Below, piece by piece: positions 1 through 8,457 of a DNA stretch of 64,000 nt. Under the pieces are notes generated by a model. The model was given only the letters and a program-made list of their open reading frames with translations. It had not been told where the DNA came from and ran no database searches. How positions within the stretch are numbered: the first letter of the stretch is position 1; each line of letters starts with the position of its first letter. Origin of the DNA: Patescibacteria group bacterium (GTDB taxonomy: Bacteria; Patescibacteriota; Minisyncoccia; Phycocordibacterales; JBBTRF01); the NCBI GenBank assembly GCA_038065315.1, contig JBBTRF010000001.1:230413-294412 (forward strand), read 5' to 3'. The position numbers and the translations under genes are program-made.

Positions 1-943
1 TCTCCTCTTTCTTTCCGCCCTTCAAATATTTCCACTGCTTCAAATCAGAATCCTTGATATAGAACTCAGCCGGAATCTTAGCCTCATCGTGCTCAACAAC
101 ATCTTTTAATAAAATCCTCTTACCTTTGTAATCCGGTGCCGTCTTTACCGTATAAACCTCTCGATCAATCATTACGCCAGAATTTTCAAACGGGCTTGCT
201 GATGGTTTTTCGGCAGAAAAATTCTCTGAGACCTTCTTCAGGTCGCCCTCAATAGAAAATTGCTCAAGCTCAGAAACGGTCTTTTCCGTAATCGGAAAAG
301 CTCTAGCAATAGTTCCACTCTTTAGAATCCAGTTCTTGATGGACTTTTCCTTCTTTATCGCTGAGTAAGGCACGGTTCCCTTCTTATATCCCAAGATAAA
401 CACTCTTCTTCTCCTCTGAGGCATGCCGTAGTCAGCAGCATTGACGACTCTCCATTCGACGATGTATCCAAGGTCAGCAAGCGAAGCAAGCATGACAGCA
501 AAATCTCGACCTCGTTGAGAAGCTGGTGACTTCAGGAGTCGGTCCACATTTTCGAGCATCAAAAAGTTCGGGGCCTTCTTTCCCTTGTTCTTCAAGATGT
601 TAAAGATGGACCACCATAGGACACCCTTCTTTCCATACAGACCTTTCGACTGTTGCAACGTGGTAGCAACGGAATAATCCTGGCAAGGAAAACCACCAAC
701 AAGTAGGTCGTGGTCAGGAATCTGCTTGAAGTCGTTCGCAATGACTTGTTGTATATCTTCACAAGAGTGGCCCTCCTTGCCGAACTTATGGATGTAGATA
801 TCCGAGGCGTGCTGCGTGCTCGCTCCAGGCTCCCATTGGCTACTCCAGACCATTCCGTAGGCATTGCCACCCTTTACGGCTTCCAAGCCAAGCCGGAATC
901 CACCCACACCCGCAAACAGCTCGACGACCTTTAGTTTTTTCAT
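1..943 (-). CDS. DNA (cytosine-5)-methyltransferase, partial: start codon at 943, C-terminus cut by window start
   Basis: Manual minus-strand translation from ATG at 943 gives MKKLKVVELFAGVGGFR (motif I FxGxGG), then GGFPCQ (motif IV), ENV (motif VI), QRRRRVF (motif VIII). The track ORF 592..870 is in a different frame and is spurious. AT-rich relative to core. Confidence 0.8.
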   Translation of the reverse strand, partial: MKKLKVVELFAGVGGFRLGLEAVKGGNAYGMVWSSQWEPGASTQHASDIYIHKFGKEGHSCEDIQQVIANDFKQIPDHDLLVGGFPCQDYSVATTLQQSKGLYGKKGVLWWSIFNILKNKGKKAPNFLMLENVDRLLKSPASQRGRDFAVMLASLADLGYIVEWRVVNAADYGMPQRRRRVFILGYKKGTVPYSAIKKEKSIKNWILKSGTIARAFPITEKTVSELEQFSIEGDLKKVSENFSAEKPSASPFENSGVMIDREVYTVKTAPDYKGKRILLKDVVEHDEAKIPAEFYIKDSDLKQWKYLKGGKKEE

Positions 944-992
944 TCCGTGATTATAGCAAGAGCCAGTAAATCGATCAAGTCGTTTTTGTTTC

Positions 993-2396
993 CTAATTTT
1001 CTATCGCTTTTTCGATGTATTTTGCGTTGAGCCAGAAACATTTCTTCATCTCCTTGGTTCCCTGAGGAGTTTCGACAGTATCGGAAGAATCCTTGCCGTG
1101 CGGGCGGACGTGAACAATGGAGCTATCCTTCATTTTTGGCAGGTCCTCGTATCGCCCCTCATTTATTGCATCAATAGTCTTCTGCCACACCCTCTCTGCC
1201 TCTGACAAGTCTTTCATCGGGAAGTTCCAGAACATAGTCTTTCGCAAAATGATATCGTCAGAGTCTTTCACCTTCTGAAATACAACGAAGAGAAACTTTT
1301 GCGTTTCTAGAAGAGCGTGCAGGTCAGCCATCTCCTCTGTGTCATCATCCTGCCAAACCTGAGTGACCAGGTCCTTATAGTCGAATGCGGGGAATGAAAT
1401 AGACTCACGGAGAGTTCCTGTATGTTCAAGCGTTAGCACCTTGAGAGTCACGTTCGCCTTTTCGAGTTCCTCGATTTTATTTGACTCAACACCAAAAATC
1501 CGGTTCACCAAGATTCGCTTGTAATTCTTTGATTCGCCAACAGACTTCCAACCTAATACTGCTGCTATTTCTTTATCGGTCTTACCGATAAAGGGTGCGA
1601 ATTCCTCATGAACCACAGCTTCGATTGTCTTCGCTTTAACTTTTTTTGCTCGTGCCTTCTCCAACAGTGAGTCCGCCTCCGTTTTGTTCCCCAGGAGATC
1701 TCGTTGAATTAGGTAATTTAGATATTGTTGCTTGAAAGAAAAAGCTCTTGGCTTCGCTGGAATACGTGAAGTCGGCTGATCTCGAAGGATACGGCTATTC
1801 TGTGCCTTAGTACAAGCCCCGAGATAGTACGTATCCCCCTCTGAAAGTAAGTGGGCTTCACCGGCTTTTATCTTTGCGACAATGAACTCCCAATCCCTCT
1901 GGATTTGCAAGATATCGTCAGCGGAAATATCGTTCACATTCAACAAGTCGAGTTGTTTAATGAACTTGAACTCGTGATCAACGATACTCTGTCCTTGCAT
2001 ATGAAGATAGAACATCAGGAGTAAGAACTTGTTTTTCTCTAGAAAAGAACTGCTCCGCCAGACCTCTTTTATCACCTCGTCATAATCAATCATTGAAAAA
2101 ACGAGTCTCTCCTTCGAAGTGTATTTTCTGGTTGGGTGTTTCTTAAGAGGATTGGTCTTTAGCTCGACGCCGGCAAGGTAAAAATCAGCCTCGTTCTTAT
2201 TGTCCGGCTCTTTACCAAAGACATAACGTTGAATGTAAATACCGAGCAACCCCTTCATCTTTGAACCATACCTACTCACTTCCGCCTCGACAGAACCTAT
2301 CTCATTCTTAGGAATAATGGAACGTAGATTCTTCTTGAGTATCTTCTGTGCGGCCGCAAACACCTCTTCCTTGGTCTTGAATTCTGTATTATTCAT
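993..2396 (-). CDS. Type II restriction endonuclease, Sau3AI/MutH family (likely GATC-specific)
   Basis: N-terminal region ...ADFYLAGVELKTNPLKKHPTRKYTSKERLVFSMIDYDEV...SSSFLEKNKF resembles the MutH/Sau3AI catalytic core (D..ExK, GVELKT). It lies 50 nt upstream of the C5-MTase on the same strand, and its 467 aa is close to Sau3AI size. Confidence 0.7.
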   Translation of the reverse strand: MNNTEFKTKEEVFAAAQKILKKNLRSIIPKNEIGSVEAEVSRYGSKMKGLLGIYIQRYVFGKEPDNKNEADFYLAGVELKTNPLKKHPTRKYTSKERLVFSMIDYDEVIKEVWRSSSFLEKNKFLLLMFYLHMQGQSIVDHEFKFIKQLDLLNVNDISADDILQIQRDWEFIVAKIKAGEAHLLSEGDTYYLGACTKAQNSRILRDQPTSRIPAKPRAFSFKQQYLNYLIQRDLLGNKTEADSLLEKARAKKVKAKTIEAVVHEEFAPFIGKTDKEIAAVLGWKSVGESKNYKRILVNRIFGVESNKIEELEKANVTLKVLTLEHTGTLRESISFPAFDYKDLVTQVWQDDDTEEMADLHALLETQKFLFVVFQKVKDSDDIILRKTMFWNFPMKDLSEAERVWQKTIDAINEGRYEDLPKMKDSSIVHVRPHGKDSSDTVETPQGTKEMKKCFWLNAKYIEKAIEN

Positions 2397-3054
2397 CTTG
2401 GTTTATATGATACTTTATTATGCTCAAATATGCATTTTTGGTCACAATAACATGATCAGTGAGATGAATATCAAGTATTTTGCCAGCATGAACAAGCTTC
2501 TTGGTCATTTCAATGTCTTCTCCGGAAGGCTGCGTGACTCCGGAGGGATGGTTGTGAGCCACGATAACACTCGCGGCACGTAAAGTGATGGCTGGTTCAA
2601 ATAATTCACGGGGGTGAGCAAGGCTTGCGTTGAGCGTACCAATCGAGATGACCTGTCTCTCTATTAGACAGTCCTGTGTGTCGAGATAGAAAGCGACGAA
2701 ATGTTCCTTTTTCGAATCTTTTATGTCCGAACAGAGTTTCCAGACATCAGTAGGAGATAGTACTTCCGTTTTCTGAACGGTAAAACGGTCCGTTAGTTCA
2801 AGGATGGATAAAACCTGAGCCGCCTTCGCCTTACCCAATCCCCTAATCGATAAAAGATGCTCGAGGCCAATCTTTTGCTTACCGATCTCGGAGATAAGCT
2901 CCAGTATCTTTTTTGAAAGCTGCAAGACATTCGAACCTTGGATACCGGAACCGAGAACTACAGCAAGAAGCTCTTGATCGGTGAGTCTTTTGACGCCATA
3001 CTTCTGCAATTTCTCACGAGGAAGGTCGACCTTTGGTAGTGACATCATTTTCAT
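2389..3054 (-). CDS. radC: RadC-like JAB/MPN domain protein (UPF0758)
   Basis: N-terminal HhH region (LTDQELLAVVLGSG), JAMM motif HNHPSG and downstream D. The gene overlaps the REase start by 8 nt. Confidence 0.8.
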   Translation of the reverse strand: MKMMSLPKVDLPREKLQKYGVKRLTDQELLAVVLGSGIQGSNVLQLSKKILELISEIGKQKIGLEHLLSIRGLGKAKAAQVLSILELTDRFTVQKTEVLSPTDVWKLCSDIKDSKKEHFVAFYLDTQDCLIERQVISIGTLNASLAHPRELFEPAITLRAASVIVAHNHPSGVTQPSGEDIEMTKKLVHAGKILDIHLTDHVIVTKNAYLSIIKYHINQDE

Positions 3055-3359
3055 ACGTTCAGAAAGTATGTCACTTCCGATACGAAAAAAGAAGCGAAAT
3101 CTTTATTAAGATTTTATCGATTTTTAAACAAGCCTTATTTTCTCTAGCTTTCCCGACAATCTTTTACTCGAAAAATAGCACTCCCGCATTGCGAAAACCC
3201 TCCACCCGAGTCGTCTCAGTGCCTGGATATTTCGTTTATCTCTCTTTATGTTCCTCTCGAACTTTTTCCTCCAAAATGCTTGGTTATGTTTAGGCAGCGG
3301 TAATTTAAACCTCGAACACGCATACCAGAAACAGCCATGGACGAAGACGACAATAACAG

Positions 3360-3587
3360 CTAACCATTCTCTAATTCGAATAGCTGGTCATCACTTAAAT
3401 CAAGTACCCCTCGACAATCCAAAAGTTGCATACGTAGCTCTTCTCGTTTAAGCAATTCTTCCGGGTCAATATGCTGAGGGGTCATCTTTTTCCCAGACAC
3501 ATAATTCCCAACTATAATTCTGGTTTTCTGGTCAAGTTCCAGGTACTCTTTATACAATTCCTCACAACGTGTTTTTTTGTCAGACAT
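3360..3587 (-). CDS. small hypothetical protein (75 aa), co-transcribed with the upstream HEPN-like gene
   Basis: ORF sits 4 nt downstream of the 3592..4254 gene on the same strand in an AT-rich island; no recognisable motif. Confidence 0.3.
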   Translation of the reverse strand: MSDKKTRCEELYKEYLELDQKTRIIVGNYVSGKKMTPQHIDPEELLKREELRMQLLDCRGVLDLSDDQLFELENG

Positions 3588-3591
3588 GTTT

Positions 3592-4254
3592 TTATATTTT
3601 CTCGGAAATATGTTCTATGGCATAGACGACAGCTCTGAACGTTTCAAGATTATCTCGCACTTCCTTTCTTGTTATTGGTCTAACCTTGCCGTGATGCTTA
3701 TTGCCATAGTATACATCATTTCTGTGAACAATTGAGTCTCGGCGTTCTGCCATAGTGGCAACTATCCCTCTAACATCCGCCCTTCTACCCTTCTTTTTCC
3801 TACCCGGCTTTATTGAAAGAAACTTATTAACCTGTTTCCAACCATCATTAATTTCCATCATTGAAAAGGCCATTTGAATTGACTCAGGTTTTTGAAAGGT
3901 AACAGAACCAAGAGACTCTTCTAAAAAATTTATCAATCTTTTGGTCGGATCTTTCTGAATAATCAGATTGGTCAATTCCTTGTAACCATCCTTATCTTTA
4001 AATTTACCCCTTATTCTTTCCACGCACCTTTCCGGAACTCGTTTTTTATGATGAATTATCTTGGTAATAATCTCGATGGTACGTTTATGGATATACGCAT
4101 CCAAAGCGGCGACGGTAAAAACAATTACGGCTCGAAGCAAATCAGCAGTCACCCCCTTGGAGGCAGGTCTTCCAATTGGAAACTTTTCCTCATGAAGCTT
4201 TAGCAGCTCTTCGGAACGCTGTATATTGAGAATGAAAAATTCAATAGCTCTCAT
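3592..4254 (-). CDS. HEPN-like domain protein (Abi/defence-associated), hypothetical
   Basis: Contains an Rx4H-type motif (ERRDSIVHRN) in a predicted helical region; basic 220-aa protein in the AT-rich island next to the R-M genes. Confidence 0.4.
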   Translation of the reverse strand: MRAIEFFILNIQRSEELLKLHEEKFPIGRPASKGVTADLLRAVIVFTVAALDAYIHKRTIEIITKIIHHKKRVPERCVERIRGKFKDKDGYKELTNLIIQKDPTKRLINFLEESLGSVTFQKPESIQMAFSMMEINDGWKQVNKFLSIKPGRKKKGRRADVRGIVATMAERRDSIVHRNDVYYGNKHHGKVRPITRKEVRDNLETFRAVVYAIEHISEKI

Positions 4255-4258
4255 AGTT

Positions 4259-6514
4259 TTAAGCCCTCTTCTTCCTCCTCACCTCCGTCACCCGTTTCGC
4301 TGCGGCGGCGCGCTCCTTTCGGTCGCCCTTCACCACAGCCCCAATCCGCTCCTCCAGTGCCTTCACTTCGTCGCGCAAAATAGCGGCCGTTTCGAAATCC
4401 AACACCTTCACGGACTCCTCCATTTCGGCTTCTTTGCGCTTGATCACCTTGCGAATCAGCTTTTCGGCCTCCGCAGCATCGGTCACACCAGCAAACTCCG
4501 CCTCGTCCACCGCGAGCAAGCCCTTCACCGCCTTGGCATGGTCGGTCTGGATCTGGTCGGTGATGTCTTTGATCGCCTTGATAATCGTCTGCGGCGTGAT
4601 GCCGTGCCTGGTGTTGTATTCTATCTGCAGGGCACGACGACGCGCCGTCTCCTTCATCGCCCGCTCCATCGAACCGGTGACCTCGTCGGCATACAAAATC
4701 ACGCGGCCAGCCGTATTTCGCGCCGCACGACCAATCGTCTGAATGAGCGCCATCTCCGAGCGCAGGAAGCCCTCCTTGTCTGCATCGAGAATACCAATGA
4801 ACGTCACCTCCGGCAGGTCGAGGCCTTCGCGCAAGAGGTTCACGCCCACGAGACAGTCGAATTTGCCGCGACGAAACTCTGTGAGAATCTGAATACGATC
4901 GATGGTCTTGATTTCGCTATGCAAATATTCGGCCTTGATCCCCTTCTCCTTCAAATATTCCGACAGGTCCTCCGCCATTTTCTTGGTGAGGGTCGTCGCG
5001 ATAACTCGCCCACCCTTTTTCACTTCTTTTTGGGTTTCGGCAATGAAGTCGAAAACTTGACTGGAATAAGAACCCTTTTTCTCAATGATTGGGCGAATCT
5101 CCACTTCTGGATCAAGGAGGCCAGTCGGTCGAATCACCTGCTCCGCGATCTGCCCATCGCCATCAGGACCGCCCTTAACGCTACGCTCGAGCTCATACTT
5201 GCCCGGCGTGGCGGTAGTGTAGATGCGCTGGCCGAGGCGTTCTTCGATCTCGTCGAATTTGAGCGGCCGATTGTCGCGTGCGCTTGGTAATCGGAAACCA
5301 TACTCCACGAGCGACTGCTTACGTGATGCATCGCCAGCAAACATACCGCCCAACTGCGGAATCGTCACGTGTGACTCGTCGATGATGGTGAGGAAATCCG
5401 GCTCGCCGAGATTGCCAACCGCGCTTGGAGCACCCTTCTTCACCGCCTTATGCGGAAAATACGAAATGAGCGTATCCGGCGGTGCGCCCGCAGGCATCCC
5501 GCTGAAGTGGCGCGAGTAGTTCTCGATGCCGTTGCAGTAGCCGACTTCGCGGATCAGTGCCAAATCATAGTTGGTGCGGCGTTTCAAACGCTCCGCCTCG
5601 AGATTCTTTCCCGCCGCTGCGAGCTCTTTGAGCCGCACATCCAGCTCGGCCTTAATCGTCTGCAAAGCCCGCTTCTGCCCTTCGTCCGTCGTAATGAAAT
5701 GTTTAGCCGGGAACAAAAAGAACGCGTCAACGTCGCCGATGATGCGGCGAGTGGTCGCGTCGATCTTCATGATTTCGCCGACCACTTCCACCGGCACTTC
5801 GGCGCCTTTGCCCGCTTTTTCCATTTTCGTCTCGAACCCAATCCGAAACAGCGCGCGCTCGTTCACCGGCATGATCTCGATCGAGTTGCCCAGCGCGCGG
5901 AAGGTACCTGGCGTCAAATCAGCGTTGGTGCGCTCATAGTGTATGTCGATGAAACGGCGCATCATGTCGGCACGATTGCCCTTCATGCCGCGCGCGATCT
6001 TCATGTTGACCTTCTCGTATTCAACAGGCGAACCCAGACCATAGATACAAGAGACGGTAGCGACGATGATGACATCCTTGCGCGTGAGCAGGGCCTGGGT
6101 CGACGCGTGGCGCAAGCGTTCGATCTCTTCGTTGATCATCGCCTCTTTTTCGATATAGGTGTCGGTGACGGGCATGTACGCCTCGGGCTGGTAGTAGTCG
6201 TAGTAGGAGACGAAATAATGCACCGCGTTGTCCGGGAAAAACTCTCGATATTCCTGCGCGAGCTGCGCCGCGAGCGTTTTGTTGTGAGCAATGACGAGCG
6301 TCGGCTTGCCAATCTGTTCGATGACATTGGCCGCGGTGAATGTCTTGCCCGAACCGGTCACACCAAGCAGGGTCTGATGTTTCATCCCCTTGCGCACGCC
6401 CTCGACGAGCATCTTGATCGCCTTCGGCTGATCGCCCGCCGGCGTGTGGCCACCGGTTTTGAGTTTGAAGGGTGAATTTGCGGCCGAATTTTCGTTTTTT
6501 GACGCGGCTTTCAT
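4259..6514 (-). CDS. uvrB: Excinuclease ABC subunit B (UvrB)
   Basis: Walker A GVTGSGKT, the beta-hairpin region, helicase motifs and the C-terminal UvrB/UvrC interaction domain are present. Start refined to the internal Met (MKAASK..., ATG at 6514), because the upstream extension in the track ORF runs through a repeat element. Confidence 0.95.
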   Translation of the reverse strand: MKAASKNENSAANSPFKLKTGGHTPAGDQPKAIKMLVEGVRKGMKHQTLLGVTGSGKTFTAANVIEQIGKPTLVIAHNKTLAAQLAQEYREFFPDNAVHYFVSYYDYYQPEAYMPVTDTYIEKEAMINEEIERLRHASTQALLTRKDVIIVATVSCIYGLGSPVEYEKVNMKIARGMKGNRADMMRRFIDIHYERTNADLTPGTFRALGNSIEIMPVNERALFRIGFETKMEKAGKGAEVPVEVVGEIMKIDATTRRIIGDVDAFFLFPAKHFITTDEGQKRALQTIKAELDVRLKELAAAGKNLEAERLKRRTNYDLALIREVGYCNGIENYSRHFSGMPAGAPPDTLISYFPHKAVKKGAPSAVGNLGEPDFLTIIDESHVTIPQLGGMFAGDASRKQSLVEYGFRLPSARDNRPLKFDEIEERLGQRIYTTATPGKYELERSVKGGPDGDGQIAEQVIRPTGLLDPEVEIRPIIEKKGSYSSQVFDFIAETQKEVKKGGRVIATTLTKKMAEDLSEYLKEKGIKAEYLHSEIKTIDRIQILTEFRRGKFDCLVGVNLLREGLDLPEVTFIGILDADKEGFLRSEMALIQTIGRAARNTAGRVILYADEVTGSMERAMKETARRRALQIEYNTRHGITPQTIIKAIKDITDQIQTDHAKAVKGLLAVDEAEFAGVTDAAEAEKLIRKVIKRKEAEMEESVKVLDFETAAILRDEVKALEERIGAVVKGDRKERAAAAKRVTEVRRKKRA

Positions 6515-6592
6515 TGAAAATGGATTATAACGTATTTTTCGAGGTTCGTAAATAAACCTGGCGCGATCGGCTGAGGTGCCGCGATATTTTTG

Positions 6593-6683
6593 AGTACCTA
6601 CGGATTTTTCATACTTTTTCATACAAAATATGAGAAAGTATGAAAAATCCGCACCTACTATTTTTCGCTGCGCCACCCCACCC
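6593..6683. repeat. Palindromic intergenic repeat element, copy A (~22-bp inverted arms AGTAGGTGCGGATTTTTCATAC / GTATGAAAAATCCGCACCTACT plus flanking box TTTTYCGCYGCRCCACCCC)
   Basis: Near-identical copies at 16564-16650, 40761-40838 and 48161-48250 (the last inverted). Copy A lies between the end of the 6790..7227 gene and the uvrB start. Confidence 0.75.
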
Positions 6684-6789
6684 AGACGAGCACCTCTCTC
6701 CGCGACAAGAAAAAACCGCCTCGCCAACCCTCCACACGGGAGAATCGACAAGGCAGTGAGTAGCGGCCGCGCAATAGCGGCGACAGAGG

Positions 6790-7227
6790 TCACATCATCG
6801 GGACCAAATCATGGTGCCCAAGCGCGAGGTCCGTCATCGTCCTCCGGTAAATCGCCCGACCTTCGCCGAGCAACACCATGAACTGTTCGTAGCGGCTTTT
6901 CAGCGCCTGCTTCACCGCAACGAACCATTTCATCTTGAGTCCGCGACGGATGGGCCGACGTTTCTCCAGGATCTTCGCAGCCTCGTCGAGCGCAACCACG
7001 GCACGCTTCAAGAGGGTGCGAGTAAGATGGCCGTCGTAAACATTGACGATGAAGTCAAGGACGTCGCTCACCGCCCGGCTGGCACGATTGAGGCGCTCGA
7101 TCTTTGGCCGGATAGGGTGCCGACAATAGTAGTTGCGGGCATTTTTCAGGTTGATGATGGCCTGCCTTAGGGCAGTCAGGCAGGGATGCGGAGGCTGCGG
7201 CTTGGGATGCTGTTTGAGGAGCTTCAT
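6790..7227 (-). CDS. hypothetical protein
   Basis: 145-aa ORF with GC-rich codon usage consistent with the core; no motif recognised. Confidence 0.4.
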   Translation of the reverse strand: MKLLKQHPKPQPPHPCLTALRQAIINLKNARNYYCRHPIRPKIERLNRASRAVSDVLDFIVNVYDGHLTRTLLKRAVVALDEAAKILEKRRPIRRGLKMKWFVAVKQALKSRYEQFMVLLGEGRAIYRRTMTDLALGHHDLVPMM

Positions 7228-7233
7228 AAGATT

Positions 7234-7779
7234 TCAAGCTTGGGAGCCGACTAGCACGAGCGTGGTTTCGGAGGTGGCGCCAGTCTTGGAAAAAGCCTCG
7301 AACCATTTGGTGGTGACCCCCATCACTCGGCCGCCTTCGCGCAGCTCCTTTCCCGGAAAGAACACCAGGAGACGATTTGTCTGCCTGTCCGTCTCACCGT
7401 CTGCGAGGACCGCCTTCTTGAGCACGGCCAAGCTCGCAATATAGGTGCCGGCTCCGCGCTCGACAATGGCACTCTCCACGATGTAGAGCACTTCTGGCTC
7501 AAGCGCCGAAGCCATGATAGGTCGGCCGGCCGCCTGAAGGGCCTCGACCAATCTTGCGCCAAAGTAACCAACGCCGCAGATCGGCGCGAAGATGCACATG
7601 AGCGACCACAGAATGTGCAGTGTTCCCTCCCAATTCACACTGAAGCCGATAGGGATAAAGGTGTGGACAGCGAGTAAGGCTGCGCCAAACAGGAAGACAT
7701 TGAGGACCGCCGTGCTTTTTTTCATACGCAGTGGTAGTAGACCGTTTTTGATGGTTGATTGTGACTGGTTGACCGACAT
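7234..7779 (-). CDS. hypothetical membrane protein
   Basis: ORF with two or more hydrophobic helices near the N-terminus; start uncertain (internal MKKSTAVLNVFLFGAALLAV is possible). Confidence 0.4.
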   Translation of the reverse strand: MSVNQSQSTIKNGLLPLRMKKSTAVLNVFLFGAALLAVHTFIPIGFSVNWEGTLHILWSLMCIFAPICGVGYFGARLVEALQAAGRPIMASALEPEVLYIVESAIVERGAGTYIASLAVLKKAVLADGETDRQTNRLLVFFPGKELREGGRVMGVTTKWFEAFSKTGATSETTLVLVGSQA

Positions 7780-7858
7780 GAGTTTTCAATGACCGCAGTT
7801 GACACTAAAGTACCCGTTTTCAAGGGAGTTGTCAAACTTCGAAACGTATTTAAAAAAG

Positions 7859-7892
7859 GGCCCCGGAGCGCGACGCGTCGCGCTCCGGGGCT
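7859..7892 (-). terminator. Rho-independent terminator (perfect GC-rich palindrome followed by a T-tract on the minus strand)
   Basis: GCCCCGGAGCGCGACGCGTCGCGCTCCGGGGC is preceded by AAAAAAGGG on the plus strand, so the minus-strand transcript reads hairpin then UUUUUU. Confidence 0.6.
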
Positions 7893-8457
7893 TGTGCAAT
7901 CAACCAACATCAACCCAAATGGGCATTAGCTGCCAGTGTGGCTGCTCGTGTGAACCATGGCGACATCGCCGCGATCGGTTTTGACTTCCCCGAACTCAAG
8001 CTGTCCGCGCCCAGGAACCACCCCTGGCTGCGAACCGAGCTCAAGCTCCGGATGATGTGCCGGCGGCTGAGGTGCCGCTTCTGCAACAGTCACGGTATTC
8101 ATAGCTGCCAGGCATTATAGCCCTACTTTTGGCAGATTGGCAAGCGCGAGGCGTTGTTGCTCAAGCCATGAAGGCCGTTCAGACGGAAACTTCACGGGAG
8201 GGTGTGTCGGACCCTCCGACGAACCAAACACGTTGGAAACGAATTCGTCGTCACTCCGAGCAAGTCGGAGACGACCGTTGCTGTCAGACCCCCGCGAACC
8301 AGACATACTCGTGGGAATACCGAGAGGAGAAGTTTCGTGCATAGAAAACAGCTACACTGAAGGTTGACCAACCCAACAAAGAGCGAGCTCCACAGGCGAG
8401 CCGATACCCATTTATTATACCTCACCTCAGACGGCTCGCGGGTTTTGCTATCCCCAA

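Noticed and set aside
592-934. ORFs 592..870(-) and 710..934(+)
   Set aside because: Both lie inside the C5-MTase gene but in other frames. The MTase frame, read by hand from ATG 943, contains the canonical motifs.
4226-6475. Long antisense ORFs (4226..5290+, 5450..6475+, 5571..5939+) inside uvrB
   Set aside because: GC-rich antisense frames with Arg/Ala-rich low-complexity translations and no motifs; uvrB on the other strand is unambiguous.
6586-6690. Possibility that palindrome copy A upstream of uvrB is a LexA/SOS box
   Set aside because: The same element lies 3' of dus, dprA and a Cas4-like gene; it is ~90 bp and matches neither the CTGT-N8-ACAG nor the CGAAC-N4-GTTCG LexA consensus. 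It is better explained as a repeat family.
6601-6881. Track ORFs translating through the palindromic repeat (MRKYEKSAPT..., MKKYEKSAPT..., ..QKYEKSMTNPH.. at 6630-6881, 16601-17296, 40523-40963) and the N-terminal extensions they add to uvrB and neighbouring genes
   Set aside because: The shared peptide arises from translating the same ~90-bp repeat in each place. The copies lie between genes, and the downstream parts overlap real genes on the other strand.
7900-8450. RNase P RNA, tmRNA or SRP RNA in the large gene-free gap
   Set aside because: By eye on both strands I looked for the P4 GGAAAGTCCGGGC-type block, the tmRNA tag-reading frame and 5' GGGG...GATTC, and the SRP AGGUCAGGUCCGGAAGGAAGCAGC motif. 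None was found, so this is left as an unassigned gap.
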